From the NCBI GenBank assembly GCA_051294375.1, contig CM119268.1:21015980-21079868 (forward strand): a stretch of 63,889 nt of DNA. The letters run 5' to 3'. Source of the stretch: Paraspadella gotoi. Taxonomy: Eukaryota; Animalia; Chaetognatha. The translations under genes were made by a program, and so were the position numbers. Numbering within the stretch: the stretch's first letter is position 1; every line of letters begins with the position of its first letter. Positions 42,285 through 54,801 of the stretch are shown here, piece by piece. The notes below the pieces were generated by a model. It worked only from the letters and a program-made list of their open reading frames with translations, was not told the origin of the DNA and did not search any database.

Positions 42285-42344
<60 letters not shown>

Positions 42345-42678
42345 ACCGATTCGCAGAATGGTTCCTCTCTTTTCTTTTCTTTTCCTGTCTTTGCCGAAGG
42401 CTCCGAAATCCTCTAGTAATGGAATCTACAATTTGTAACCATGTTTGAATGGAACCGAAGAAAAGAGACGGANNNNNNNNNNNNNNNNNNNNNNNNNNNN
42501 NNNNNNNNNNNNNNNNNNNNNNNNNNNNNNNNNNNNNNNNNNNNNNNNNNNNNNNNNNNNNNNNNNNNNNNNNNNNNNNNNNNNNNNNNNNNNNNNNNNN
42601 NNNNNNNNNNNNTTCTTATCAATCGAGAGCCTGAGAGATAAAGGACATGGAACAAAAGAAGAGATATAAAAAGAATAG

Positions 42679-42720
42679 TACAGGGTGTCTCAAGCGTACT
42701 TTCACTTTACAAATGAACGC
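42679..42720 (+). mobile_element. Possible single Tc1/mariner-superfamily terminus
   Basis: TA followed by CAGGGTGTCTCAA resembles a TA target site plus a CAGGGTG TIR start; no partner end and no transposase ORF seen. Confidence 0.3.
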
Positions 42721-44195
42721 TGAGTCAAGATAAGTTAATATAGGTTTTTTGGTATCAATATTTATTTATGTTTATTTGTACTTTTATTGATACAATACAA
42801 ATTTCAATTGGAGGGAAATTTTGTTTTGAGCGCCGATCAAAAAATTTTGGTGATAATAAATTTATAAAGTAGTCCTGCTTTTGGTGAATTATTTTCCTTA
42901 ATCCTTTACTCTGTTTCCGTGTTTCATTCATCTGTGATGTTATAATAGGCCACTATGTTTATTGTGCCCTTGACTAAGAATTTTGTGAATTAGGAATGAT
43001 TAGGAATAATTTCAGACGAGAAGATTCAAAGAAAATTGCTTTTATAGAAACTCAGTAAGTTTACCTTCAGGAAACTGATAAACGCTATAAATTTTGTTTC
43101 CTGTGATTCAGCATATGATGCGTAGATACAAAGTGTACATTCTACTGCGAAAACTATTTTTCAGCTGACTGCAGCTCATAAGCATCGCAAATGTATTTAG
43201 ATTTGNNNNNNNNNNNNNNNNNNNNNNNNNATTTAGATTTGTAAAACCAGCGTGCAATCCGTAACAAATCTTTTCAGATTAATATCCAAATCAAATACAA
43301 TCAAATTCCGGAGGAATATGGTGGAAATTTTCTGAGGAAAGTGTCCGAGAATATTAAAGTATTATACAAAATCTCGGGTCTTGTAGTTTACAAAATAACC
43401 TTCCGCCGAATGTAAACAAATGCTTTTTGGTTTTCGATGCCTTTGTAATTCTTCTCAGTCGGTATTTTGGCGAGAGTAACAATTTGTAATTCTTCTCCCG
43501 TTTTTTTATTTTTTTTGTTTTACCTTATTTAATATAACTATAGTGATACTCCAATCCTCTATTTAATATATTAGGCTAAATAGATTCGTATCAATTATTA
43601 CAGGAGTTAGTAATAAGACGAACATTGGGTGGCATCGGCCTTGTTGGTGCCCACGTTTCTTTGTTTTGCTACTGCTAACCTTTAAATGGGATGTGGGTGC
43701 GAGTTTCATGAGCTAATATGGTTTCATATTATAACGATAAATTAAGATTAAGATATAAGTTATCTAAGTGGGGTGTTTAATTTCCATCTCCTTCACATCG
43801 CGCGTGGGTTGGATGTAAAAGCTAGTCATAATTGACGGTCCTTGTCACCTGCAAGCGGTGGGTGGGGAGCTTTTGGCTTACTTGGCTTGTTTGGTTTTAT
43901 GCTGTTCTGCGAGTAGAACGAAAAACCCCCGGCTCAGGCGTTGAGCTCTATAACTGCTGGTCTGCACAGTAGACGAAAAAACTCCTGCTTCAGCGTGAGC
44001 CTCATTAACTGCCGTCCTGGGAGAGTAAAACCGGAAAACCCCGTTAAAAAGAAATACCATGAATAATTATGGAATTCGCCACATAGCGTCGGAAGCTTTT
44101 GTTTTTTCGCCACTTTTTACCGCATTGTGGTCTGTTATTTTTTGAATAGTAAATTGTTTTCGCTTCCTTGCATTTTGCTATGACAAATGTTGATT

Positions 44196-44300
44196 GACGG
44201 AGGCCCATTAAGCTGGGAACCATTTGCCTCTGCAAGTGACGGCGGCCCATTAAGCTGGGACCATTGCCTCCTGCAAATGTCGAGGGCCCATTTAGCTGCG
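44196..44300. repeat. 42-bp tandem repeat, about 2.5 copies
   Basis: GACGG(A/C)GGCCCATTAAGCTGGG at 44196 and 44238, with a degenerate third unit at about 44280. Confidence 0.85.
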
Positions 44301-47300
44301 GATGAGGTGTAAGTTACCTCTTTTGAGGATTAGATATAATAGATATGACGAGTGTCATTCTATATCATAGAGATGCGTGACCGCGGTCTCTGTTTTTTTT
44401 TTTCTATGGGTTCTCATACCATTAAGATAGATCCGTTTCGTGTGTGAGTTACGGACGACTATTGGGTATTTCTAGATAATTAAATTAGGTTTAGTGTAGT
44501 TTATAATTTGAAAGTGTCAAAAATGAGGTGACGCCACGCGCACCGAAAAAAATGGGATAAAAATGCCCCAACAAAATCTGATTTTAATATATATAAATTT
44601 TCCCTTAAAATTTGATAAAAATAATATTAAAATGGCCTAATCACGAAGAGAATAAAAAAATAATAAAAAAGAAATTTCCTCATCTTGAAACTCAATCCAA
44701 TAATTTGCCTCCGATCCCGACGAAATGAATGATTTCCTCATCTTTTAATTTCTCTTTCGTACGTTGCCTCTACATTCTCGATGGCCGGAAATTGGGAGAA
44801 TTTTTGATCTCTAAATTTCGCGAAAAGATTTCTCTCAACCTAAAGCGCGGAGCCTCGACATCAGAGCTTCCTTTTCAAACACGAACGAATGCACGACCGG
44901 GCGGGAATTCAGAAACCTAACGCCTTTCACGCTAGTTTTTCGGGTTTCTGCCGGAAATGCTTTACCCCATCCGACGCCAGATCGCCCCCCCCCCGGCTGG
45001 TAGCGTTTCTTGTTTTTGCATCGTTCGGGAGCAAGACACATACCTCTTTAGACTCGGATTTCCTTGGCAAATTCATTTTTCTAATCCTTGAAAGATATTG
45101 ATTAACTTTCCTTTTAACCGTCATCACCATCCATCTGCACCCGTAAAGTTTTGGCAGGTTTCAACTTTGGCAAACGCGATAGAATTCGCAAGAATTTTAA
45201 TTGCTATTAACCGTCCATTTAACACACTACGCTGAGCTTTTCATAATAAAACACACATTCGACTGTTTTTGTCACTTGACCTACCGTGTTTCATTGTCTC
45301 TGCCGCCGCGTCGGCCAAGACTCACCGACAAAAATTAAAAAAGAAAATTCACTCAAACGCCGGGTTATTCGAATTCCTGCGGACTTTTTCAATGTCAACC
45401 ATATTTCCCTCGTAAACGGGGGAGAAGAATGATACCTATAATCCTAAGATTAACTCTTGACTTTCCTCGCACGAAAACAGGGGGGAATCTAGACCGAAAA
45501 GCTTAAAACCAAATTGCACCACTTCTTAATTCAAGTTTCTAATTCTTCATTTTATTATTGCGAAGGGAGTGAAGACAAGAAAAAAATTAAAAAATTTTGC
45601 ATTTAGTCAACATGTCGCACAGACAAACAGCGATAAGCGCGACACTGCTCTCTCAAAATAACCACCCTCAAATAAACCTTTCTTTCGTCTTTCCAACCCT
45701 CTATTCTTCAAATCCCTTAAAAAATCTCAATTTCTCAAAATCTCAAAAATTCTCAAAAATCATTATAAAAATGCTTCAACTCTCAGAATCTCAAATCTTC
45801 AAATTTTTAAATCTCAACTCTCGATTCTCAACTTCTTGATTTTCTCAACTCTGGACTTCTCAATTTCTACCCAAAATTGATTCAACACACCCAAACGAAA
45901 CCACCCTTGCTGCGTCCTTCTCCCACCACCTTGGCCCTCCCTCCATCCCTGGGTGGTCATTCGTGAGAATACTTTCATCTCCTTCACATACTCCCGTCTC
46001 ACCGATGTGGCCTGGAGCTATGTGGCTTCTCAACCACAGTTTCTCACATGGGCTTTATGAAAAAGCAGTTCGTCCCTTCTACGTCTCGGCCCCGCGCGCG
46101 CCGCCCCCGTTGATAAAAAAGTCTGGGCAACAGCCCCGGACCCACCTCCGATGACGACACAGCCGTTGGCTTCGTGCCGACCACCATATTCGGTTCCCAG
46201 TCATCAACGAACGGACAAAACGCGATGCGGCAGCATCTGCCAGCAGCGGACGAGGATCGCACGGAATTTGCTGGTGATGGAACGCAGCACACATAAGCAG
46301 CAGGATCAGTTGCCTTTTCTCCCTCCCTCTCCTCCTCCTCTCTTGCCACCCCGCCGCTCGACGCCAAACGGGGCGGCGCGCTGCGGGCGCCGCCCCGCGT
46401 CGGGCAAAGCCAGCATTGGCGACGTGTCTTGCAGCCGGAAATACGCAAGCTCGACTCAAGGTCAATTGGAGTAAGAGAGATGACCGATGACAGTTACATC
46501 TCTCTCTTTCTCGCGCATCGGACAAGCCCACAGCCCCAGCAAGCAGCTACCAGTCCTCGGAAGGCAGCAGAGAGAATTACCGGACGGACACGACTCTTTT
46601 CGCTCGATCGTGAGAAAGCGACGAGGCCACGGACGGGCGCCGTGCTGACCGCCCGACCCCTTTCCCTCAGGACCAGCGTGCATCAGTAATGCCCAGAACG
46701 TATTTTTTATGAACTTTTTTTAAATTTTATGTTTGGAATGACTTTAACTTAAATCGTTGACCTATTCATTAATAACTGATAATATCACTAAGGAATATCA
46801 ATAGTCATGCGCTGTTTTTTAATAATGCCACATAAGAATGTTTTTTTTAAAATTTTGAATTACCGCGGTATTGTAATGTGAAACGTAGTACAATGCGTTA
46901 TTTTATCTGTAACATTGTAGTGTGATATGATACTATGGTTATAAGTGATTTCAGATTAATATGGCGCCAAATTTTTTAGAAAGATCGAATCGGAGTTTTT
47001 TGAAGTTAAGAGACAATTTTTGCGATTCCGAAATTTATTTCTATTAGCTTCAACTTTCATCAGTTGTTGAAGTCTTACGTGTTAGAACATGAGTTAAGAA
47101 AATAATGTTGATTCTTAAAAATCTCTTGTCGAATACGTTAACTTTTCATGACTAGTTTGCCCTTCCTGAAAATATCATCTTTTCTATAATACTATTTTTT
47201 TTTCTTCTTGGATGTTACCAAAATTTTTTTTTGAGCAAAAACTGATCATTGCATCTTTGTTGCTATCCATTGATACTATACTTCATTCAATGCCCTTCCC

Positions 47301-50300
47301 ACGGGTTTCGTTATTTTACCCTATGCTTCCCTCTGACCTAAAAAAAGACGCAGTGGGTAGTAATACTTGAATAATTTACAGTATCTTATTGAACAACTGA
47401 GTTGTCATATATCATTATTCTTTATGAAAACGAAAGTATAGGTAATCTCTATTTTTTGCATTCTCGCCTTACATGCATAACACGGATGGTGAAACTATTA
47501 AACATGTGGTGTCTTTATTTCACAATCTCCTTTCTCAACCAATATTCACAGATGGTCCCGCCCAGAGTTATTAATTAGAATTATTTGCAAGTTCATGTGT
47601 CCTGAATAACACATCGTGCGTCTCGGACACAATTTTAGTGGATAAAATGTGGATCTTTGCGCGGTCAAGATGGGCTAAAATTACGGTAAAGATGACTTTA
47701 TTAATAGAAACACTATAAGACTAAAAGAAATATATCATCTAAATTGATACAGTCTTATATATAAAAAAAGTGTAACCTGAAGTTTGACTTGCTTCAAATT
47801 TAAATTTTTTAATAGACTGTTATACTCTGAACTAATCTTAAAGTAAGTTGTCTACAACCATTCATTAGATTATTAATTGCAAGCAGCATCTCATGTTAAT
47901 TAGGTTATAAATATTATTTTAATATTGACATTACGCTATACATAGAACTATGAATAATCTACTTATTAAAAATAAACACTACAAATAAATTTAATCAAAT
48001 TCTCGGCATACCAATCTACCTAACATTCTCTTTTAATATAACTTTTCTAGCTTTCTTATCCTCAGTGCCAATATGCTATTAATGGAATAGGAATTATATT
48101 ATGAAATTGCCGTACATACAACATATACCACCTCATATCATTACTCCTGCTTTCACTTGCGTGTTGTATTTTAACACACTTGTCGATCCCAACCGTTTTT
48201 GTCTTCTCGTGAAACCTTTAACGAGCGACCTGATTTTCAACTATTCAACAATTCCTTCACGCTCGCCCTTCAAACTTGGTCGATATCTGAATTGGACCTT
48301 TGCATTAACTCTCGTGACTCTGGCTCGAGACACATTGAAACCTAATACAAAGAGAGGAAACAGGAATGCTAGTTACACGACAGAGGCGGATAAAATGGTC
48401 CCTGTGGCCCTCGCGCTAAAGCCGCGGCCCGCCCCAATACAACCAGGAGAAGTTTAGTGGCCCAGAGTCTGACATGGCCCGAGGATCCTTGAGAAAAAAG
48501 CAACTTTAAAGGGCTCTTCTCTACGGCCTTAGACCCTCTTTAAGCCGCTCCGGATTAAAGAATGTTTGCGGGAAATAAATTTATTTGTGGAATAATCACA
48601 GACTGTATTTGGAGTAATCTGACTTGTGTTTTGATACCTCAGATGAAAGGACAGTAATGAATACATTACTGTCCATATTTCCGGCATTTCCTTCACACAA
48701 ACAACGTCAGTTGGGTGACCCTCATGCTGCATGTATCACTGTCTGTTTATACCCACCCATAGGACCCAATTGTATAGATGGTTTAAAATAACTATGTTCG
48801 GAGAAGTGAAGAAAAAGAAAAAAACATGAAAATTATAAAAGAGGGTGGCAGTTAAGCCGAATCACAACAATTACCATAATCCAATTTCCGCAAGAGAAAC
48901 AGCCTACAGACACGTGGTCATGCCACTCTTAAGTCAGATGGCCCACAGCACGTACCATCCCGACTCTCTAAACATAAAGGCAATGAGGAAGGAAAAGACC
49001 CCCCTTATACCCATCGCTTATTGAAAATAATATATTTACTGAGTGATGGAATTCCGACTGTCTTATGCGCCCCATTGGAGTTGTTTCTCCGCTTGGTGGA
49101 GTATAACATTGTTCAACCTACTTGGTCGGCAAGTCTTGTACATGTCTGTTATGAACAGCCATATTATAGTTTTCAACTGCCCGGTAGGGCTATTGGACAT
49201 TGCTACCCGTGATGCGAGCTGCTACAGCTATAGCTTATAGTTCAGCACTTTGATATTCACTGCGTTTTTATCCCGTCTTTTCTTCAATGCAAGCAACACT
49301 GACCAAACTTAACTCGGTTTCAGTTTTGCACTCATACGATGCGCTGCGACAGTTTTCGCCAATCGACCGGGGGAAATTGTCTTCTGCCGACATTTCGTTC
49401 TTTTTTATAACTCACACATTTGGTGTGATATTGTTTTCCACCCCCTTTAGAGTCTCTTTCTCAAGTGACAAAAGGAGCAGCAAGCAAACCTAGAAACCTT
49501 TGACGAGGAGGAAAACGACGTCCGGGCCCTTCTGGCTAAAACTTTTAGAAATTAAAAAGATAAGATATAATCTATCCCCTGAAAGAAGAAATCTGTTTTG
49601 GGAAACAAAGCCCAATCACGTACTCACTATTACTGGGCAAGAGAATCAACATGTAGAACGCATGGTCTGCTGACCTTGTTTAGGGTGATCCTTACACCGC
49701 CTCTTCTTCCCGCTCGGCGTATAAAAAACGATTAAAAAACGGCAGCTGACGTCTAACCGTAGACGTAAATCCTCACGGAGGCATATATATTGTAAACCGG
49801 TACATGCAGAAATGCAGCCCCTTGCTTCCCAATGTTACGTTACACGGATCAGCACCAGATCTTTGCACCTGATTGCTGTGGACTTATTACATTTCTATAA
49901 ACGGACTAGGGAAGTCCCCCATAACCAAAAAAGGAACGTAACGACCGGAAATCACGAGACGAGTGAAACTTCTGAATTCCCTGCTGTAACATGATTTTGA
50001 TTTCTGAATTCCTAATGATGTTATCCTTAAAACGAAATGAGCCACAAAATCTGTTTATATTGTTACTTACCCATTTTTTTTTTTTATTGGTTTTGCCTCT
50101 CATTCTGAAACAGAAGAGTTTATCGACTACACCAACGCAAGAAATGTACAGGGTAATTTCTTGTCTTAGGAATAAAATCGATGACCTACACGCAGAAAAT
50201 ATAATCTTCATAGAAGAAAAAGTAACAATTCAGTTTTTTCTGCAGTTTCAAAAAAAATTTAAAGAGAAAACAACTTCTTTTAAATATCAACATATAATAG

Positions 50301-50437
50301 AAGGATGGTTGATAAAAGAAAACCCTAATTACATTTAAAAGAATAGGTATAGAAAGAAAGAAAAAAAAAAGAAAAGGAAAAATTCTCTTAATTTCACCCT
50401 TGGTTCGAGCTTCTTTTTAGACAAAAAACCCAAGTTT

Positions 50438-50473
<36 letters not shown>

Positions 50474-51089
50474 NNNNNNNNNNNNNNNNNNNNNNNNNNN
50501 NNNNNNNNNNNNNNNNNNNNNNNNNNNNNNNNNNNNNNNNNNNNNNNNNNNNNNNNNNNNNNNNNNNNNNNNNNNNNNNNNNNNNNNNNNNNNNNNNNNN
50601 NNNNNNNNNNNNNNNNNNNNNNNNNNNNNNNNNNNNNNNNNNNNNNNNNNNNNNNNNNNNNNNNNNNNNNNNNNNNNNNNGAGAGAGAGAGAGCGAGAGA
50701 GAGAGAGAGCGAGCACATGACATTAGCATACATCATCAGCTTGTTTTCCTTGTCCCTCACTCATCGCAGCTAATGGAGTAAGTAATGCTTAGAAAATCGA
50801 GTTCCAAAGATAAACCGAAGACGGCGGGACTCGACGGGCGATCCGGCGCTGGGATTCTCCGTCGGCTTGTTCCAGCAGATATACTGTCGTCTTGCCGGAT
50901 TCTCTCCCTTCGAAACACCAGTGGTCACTCCGACTTCGTGTTAACGTTTTATGGACTCCATCGCCAAAAGTAGGCGCGGCGGTTTTTTTTTCCGGAAATG
51001 AGTTTGACTTCCGGTTGGCGTCGGTGGGCGTCGTTTGCTGAAAATTGGCGCCGAGAAGGACGTAAACAGATGGCGTCAGTTGCCATTCA

Positions 51090-51208
51090 CATGGAGTCGG
51101 ACATGGAGATGGACATGGAGATGGACATGGATATGGAGATGGATATGGAGATGGACATGGAGATGGACATAGATATGGACATGGAGATGGACATGAAGAT
51201 GGATATGG
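51090..51208. repeat. Hexamer array ATGGA(C/G/T)
   Basis: Direct reading; source of the MDMEMD pseudo-ORF. Confidence 0.9.
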
Positions 51209-51321
51209 CTTAAGTTGCCAAGGAGTCGGATGATGCTGACTTTAGTTTCACATATTTTTTTATTACATTCGCCGACCAAAAGTAAATTCGATCAAATGAT
51301 CACATTAATCACTTCCAGCCG

Positions 51322-51516
51322 AGTCATCAGTCTCAGGTCAAAAGTCTCATGTCATCAGTCTCATGTCATCAGTCTCAAGTCATCAGTCTCAAGTCATCAG
51401 TCTCAAGTCATCAGTCTCAAGTCATCAGTCTCAAGTCATCAGTCTCAAGTCATCAGTCTCAAGTCATCAGTCTCAGGTCATCAGTCTCATGTCATCAGTC
51501 TCATGTCATCAGTCTC
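51322..51516. repeat. 14-bp minisatellite GTCATCAGTCTCA(A/T/G)
   Basis: About 13 near-identical units. Confidence 0.95.
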
Positions 51517-51905
51517 AGTCTCGAGTTTAAAGTAAAACATCAACATTGTTAAATTATTAGATTTATCGGATTCGCTGTTCAATTGTGTTCAATTGATTGA
51601 ATTGAATTCAATTGAATTCAATTGACTGAAAAAACGTCTAATTTCGTTGCAAGTGCAGTATTTTTTTTTAGTGGGAACCAATATTTCCATATTTTTTTGA
51701 CACATCATCGTTCTCTTTAATTTACAAGCAGCATTGTTTTTTTTGTCTACAGCAGAGGTTATAAAAAAAACTACACCAGATGCAAATTTCTACAGACATC
51801 AATGGACGAAAAAAGCAAATTTTCTCCAACTCTCCAACAAAAAGTCAAACTAAAAAAAACAACATTGAGCCATTAACTCACCACAAAATTGTGCAGTTTA
51901 CTCAC

Positions 51906-52040
51906 CAAACTCCTCGAAAAAGGTGAGGTTCTGGTAGTTTTCTCTCCTCGGGTCACGTGACGACGAGAGGCCGTCGCGGACTTTGCTGCGGGCGTCTGGA
52001 TCCGGGGGCCAAGAGAAGGTGACCGTTTTGTTGGAACGGC
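51906..52040 (-). CDS. Exon E (135 nt, phase 1 to 1): Ig G-strand and extracellular stalk
   Basis: Acceptor CCGTTCCTCCAG| and donor TTG|GTGAGT; open in the phase required by exon D; sequons NKT and NLT. Confidence 0.85.
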
Positions 52041-52704
52041 CTGGAGGAACGGTAGTAAGGAGGGTGAGTGGGGAATTGGGGTGAGTGGTAAGGGGGTGAG
52101 TGGGGAATGGGGAATGGGTGTGAGTGGTAAGGGCGTGAGTGGTAAGGGGGTGAGTGGTAGATAGATGGAGGAGGAGCGGGAGGGGAAGGGATGGAGAAAT
52201 GCACGTCGGTCAGTTGCAAACAAAAGAGAAGAAAAACATGAGTTGATGAAATTGGAATAATTATGAATGAGAGAAGTAGAAAAGAGAGCGGGGGTAAGAT
52301 AGGAATGTCAAAATAGATAGGAAGAAGAAAAGCCGGAGATAGAAATGGCAAAATAGCGAGGAAGAAGAAAATGCAGAGATAGAAAAGGAGAAAAGAGAAT
52401 TTTGTAAAAAAGATGAAAGGAGAACGTTAATTGTCTAAAAGCCCATTAAAAACAAATTCTCTCTTTTTAATAGACCAAGACCCTAATTTTTTTTATAGAT
52501 TTTTTTTTAAATTTAGCTTATTTTTTTCATAAATATTATGCGACGAAGCGTGATAAAACATGACCGGAACAAATTAAGCGCCTTCAGCGGCGGAGAAAAA
52601 AAAACAAATACTAAAACAAAAGACGAAAACCAGAAAAGACAAAAGGGAAACGCGGATTTTTTATGTCTTTAATCCATTTAATAATTCTCGCCTACTGAAA
52701 AACG

Positions 52705-52749
<45 letters not shown>

Positions 52750-52750
52750 T

Positions 52751-52783
<33 letters not shown>

Positions 52784-53240
52784 GAGAGAAGAGAGAGAGA
52801 GAGAAGAGAGAGAGAGGAGTACGAATATCATAGTTGGTTTAAACCTTTTGTATCGGTCAGAAATTCGTTTTGTTCGATGAAAAACGTTATAAAGACAAGG
52901 AAATTTAACATTTTTTTTATTTACATTAGCTATATGGTTATTTAAATAAAAGAATAGAAAAAGATAAGTTTAAATGTTAATATTTGCTGTCATTTTGTAT
53001 TTTATTCACAGGTGAAGGATGTCTCAGTTTCTCACCAATCCAAAAGCAAGAAGTAAACTTACAATCACGACGAGTACCAAGAGCACCAGCTGAATTCATT
53101 TCTCAATTCGCCTCGCTCTCACTCTATCACAACTCAAAACTCCTTACTCTATCACAAATCCTGTCTTCTCACTCAATCACAACTCCTGACTTCTCACTCT
53201 ATCACAACTCTCTCCTGTCAACCGGCGCAAACTAACTTAC

Positions 53241-53373
53241 CCGCGGGGTTGGCGGCGATTATGACGAGATTGTGGGCGGCTGGGTGAGTTGGGTTGAGGA
53301 ACATCGATCGGTTGATGTGGAGAATGAGTTCCATTCCTCCTCCGACCAGAGGGAAGGACCACTGGGCAAACGC
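53241..53373 (-). CDS. Exon D (133 nt, phase 0 to 1): AFAQWSFPLVGGGMELILHINRSMFLNPTHPAAHNLVIIAANPA
   Basis: Acceptor CCCCCAAG| after a long pyrimidine tract and donor CGG|GTAAGT; LxLxI E-strand and AxNxxG F-G turn, without the F-strand Cys. Confidence 0.85.
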
Positions 53374-53419
53374 CTTGGGGGGGGGGGATAGAGTGAGAGA
53401 AGGTCGGAGGAGGAAAGGA

Positions 53420-53740
53420 GAGGGAGGAAATAAAATGGAAAATAATAAAAATGGGAGAGAAGAAAATGGAGGAAATAAAATGGAAAATAATAAAAATGGG
53501 AGAGAAGAAAAAGAAAAAATGGAGGAAATAAAATGGAAAATAATAAAAATGGGAGAGAAGAAAAAGAAAAAAATGGAAGAAAGAAAATGAAAAATAATAA
53601 AAATGGGAGAGAAGAAAAAGAAAAAATGGAGGAAAGAAAATGTAAAATAATAAAAATGGGAGAGAAGAAAAAGAAAAAATGGAGGAAAAATAAAATGAAA
53701 ATAAGTAAGATGGGAGAGGAAGAAAATAGAAAAAAATTGA
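53420..53740. repeat. About 53-bp purine-rich minisatellite lying just upstream of the exon D acceptor on the minus strand
   Basis: AAAATAATAAAAATGGGAGAGAAGAAAA recurs five times plus a degenerate copy. Confidence 0.85.
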
Positions 53741-54144
53741 GGAAGAAAAGGAAAAATAACTAAAAGTTGACAAGGGAAAAAAGAAAATGGAGGAAAGAAA
53801 AAAAGAAAATTAGAGAGGAAAAGGAAATAAAGAAAATGGAGGAAAGAAAATGAAAAATAAAGGTTAAGAAGGAAAAAGTAAAAAAAGAAAAAGAAAAAAA
53901 AAGAAAAGTGGAGAAGAAAAAAGGAAAAAAGAAAATGGAGGAGAGAAAATGAAAAATAAATAAAAGTGGAGAAGGAAAAGGGAAAAAAAGAAAAGGGATA
54001 AAAGAAAAGGAAAAGAAAGTAGAAAAAAAGCAACATAGATAAAAAGGTAAACAGATCAGATTATTTAAAGTATAAAAATAAAAACTTCGAGAATAAAACA
54101 AAATCTGTAAAAGGCATTCCTGTGATTCTTTTGACACCTTGTAC

Positions 54145-54206
54145 CTTGTGAGAGGCGGTGAAGGTTAGCGAATTGTCAAGAGTCCAGGTTACGTTGGTGA
54201 GAGGCA
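54145..54206 (-). CDS. Exon C (62 nt, phase 1 to 0): (V)PLTNVTWTLDNSLTFTASHK
   Basis: Acceptor CTTTCTCCCTTTTACAG| and donor AAG|GTACAA; NVTW matches the Ig C-strand Trp. Confidence 0.8.
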
Positions 54207-54676
54207 CTGTAAAAGGGAGAAAGAGAGAGAGAGATGAGAGAGAGTGAGTAAGTTTTAAATTGTCTTTCTTCGTGTTTCGTAAAGTTTAAATGGCAAACGA
54301 TATATAATCGCCAAAAACTAATGAGGAAGTGGAACTAAAACTGCTTTTAAAAACGTTCAATGTCGAAAATGCTCTTTTTCAACGTTTTCCACTTTTTAAA
54401 AAATAAAAAAAAGTTATGTAGAAAATTTTTAGGACAAAAAAAAAGGAAAATCTTCCGGCAAAAATCCATCAATCATGAACGCTTTCTCGAAGGAGCAGAC
54501 GACAATTGCACGCTATCTAGATGTCTGGGTTTTAAATCTTTTTTTTAATTTTGATTATAAATTGAAGTCTTAAAAATATAATTATTTAAACTAATTACAA
54601 AATAACATATGTTCATTTTAATAAGTTTGAAAAATATTATTTGTGTTTTTTTTCTTTCTGTTTCGTTGTGATTTGA

Positions 54677-54801
54677 TTTAGAACAAAGTTTGAAGAGAGA
54701 TTTAACAACAGCTGAAGAAGACTCGTATGTGAGTCGAAACATGTCCGTTTCACTATGAAATAAAAATCGTTGTTAAATCTCTCTTCAAACTTTGTTCTAA
54801 A
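54677..54801. mobile_element. Penelope-like element terminal relic: perfect 33-bp inverted repeat enclosing the hammerhead motif and AATAAA
   Basis: 54677-54709 TTTAGAACAAAGTTTGAAGAGAGATTTAACAAC is the exact reverse complement of 54769-54801; a hammerhead followed by AATAAA is the known layout of Penelope pseudo-LTRs. Confidence 0.6.
54706..54750 (+). ncRNA. Minimal type I hammerhead ribozyme-like motif (Penelope-type)
   Basis: CTGAAGA (54712-54718), one extra A, stem II GACTC/GAGTC around a 6-nt loop, GAAAC, AT, then a GTC cleavage triplet (54743-54745); stem I is imperfect. Confidence 0.65.

Noticed and set aside
44196-44300. 42-bp repeats as a CRISPR array
   Set aside because: The units are contiguous without distinct spacers, the context is eukaryotic and there are no cas genes
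42613-50440. Endosymbiont (for example Wolbachia) insertion
   Set aside because: No bacterial-like gene-dense ORFs, rRNA or recognisable proteins; composition alone is not evidence
51322-51516. 14-bp repeat whose reverse strand contains CTGATGA, as a hammerhead array, C/D-box array or CRISPR
   Set aside because: No GAAA core, no stem II and no unique spacers; it is a plain minisatellite
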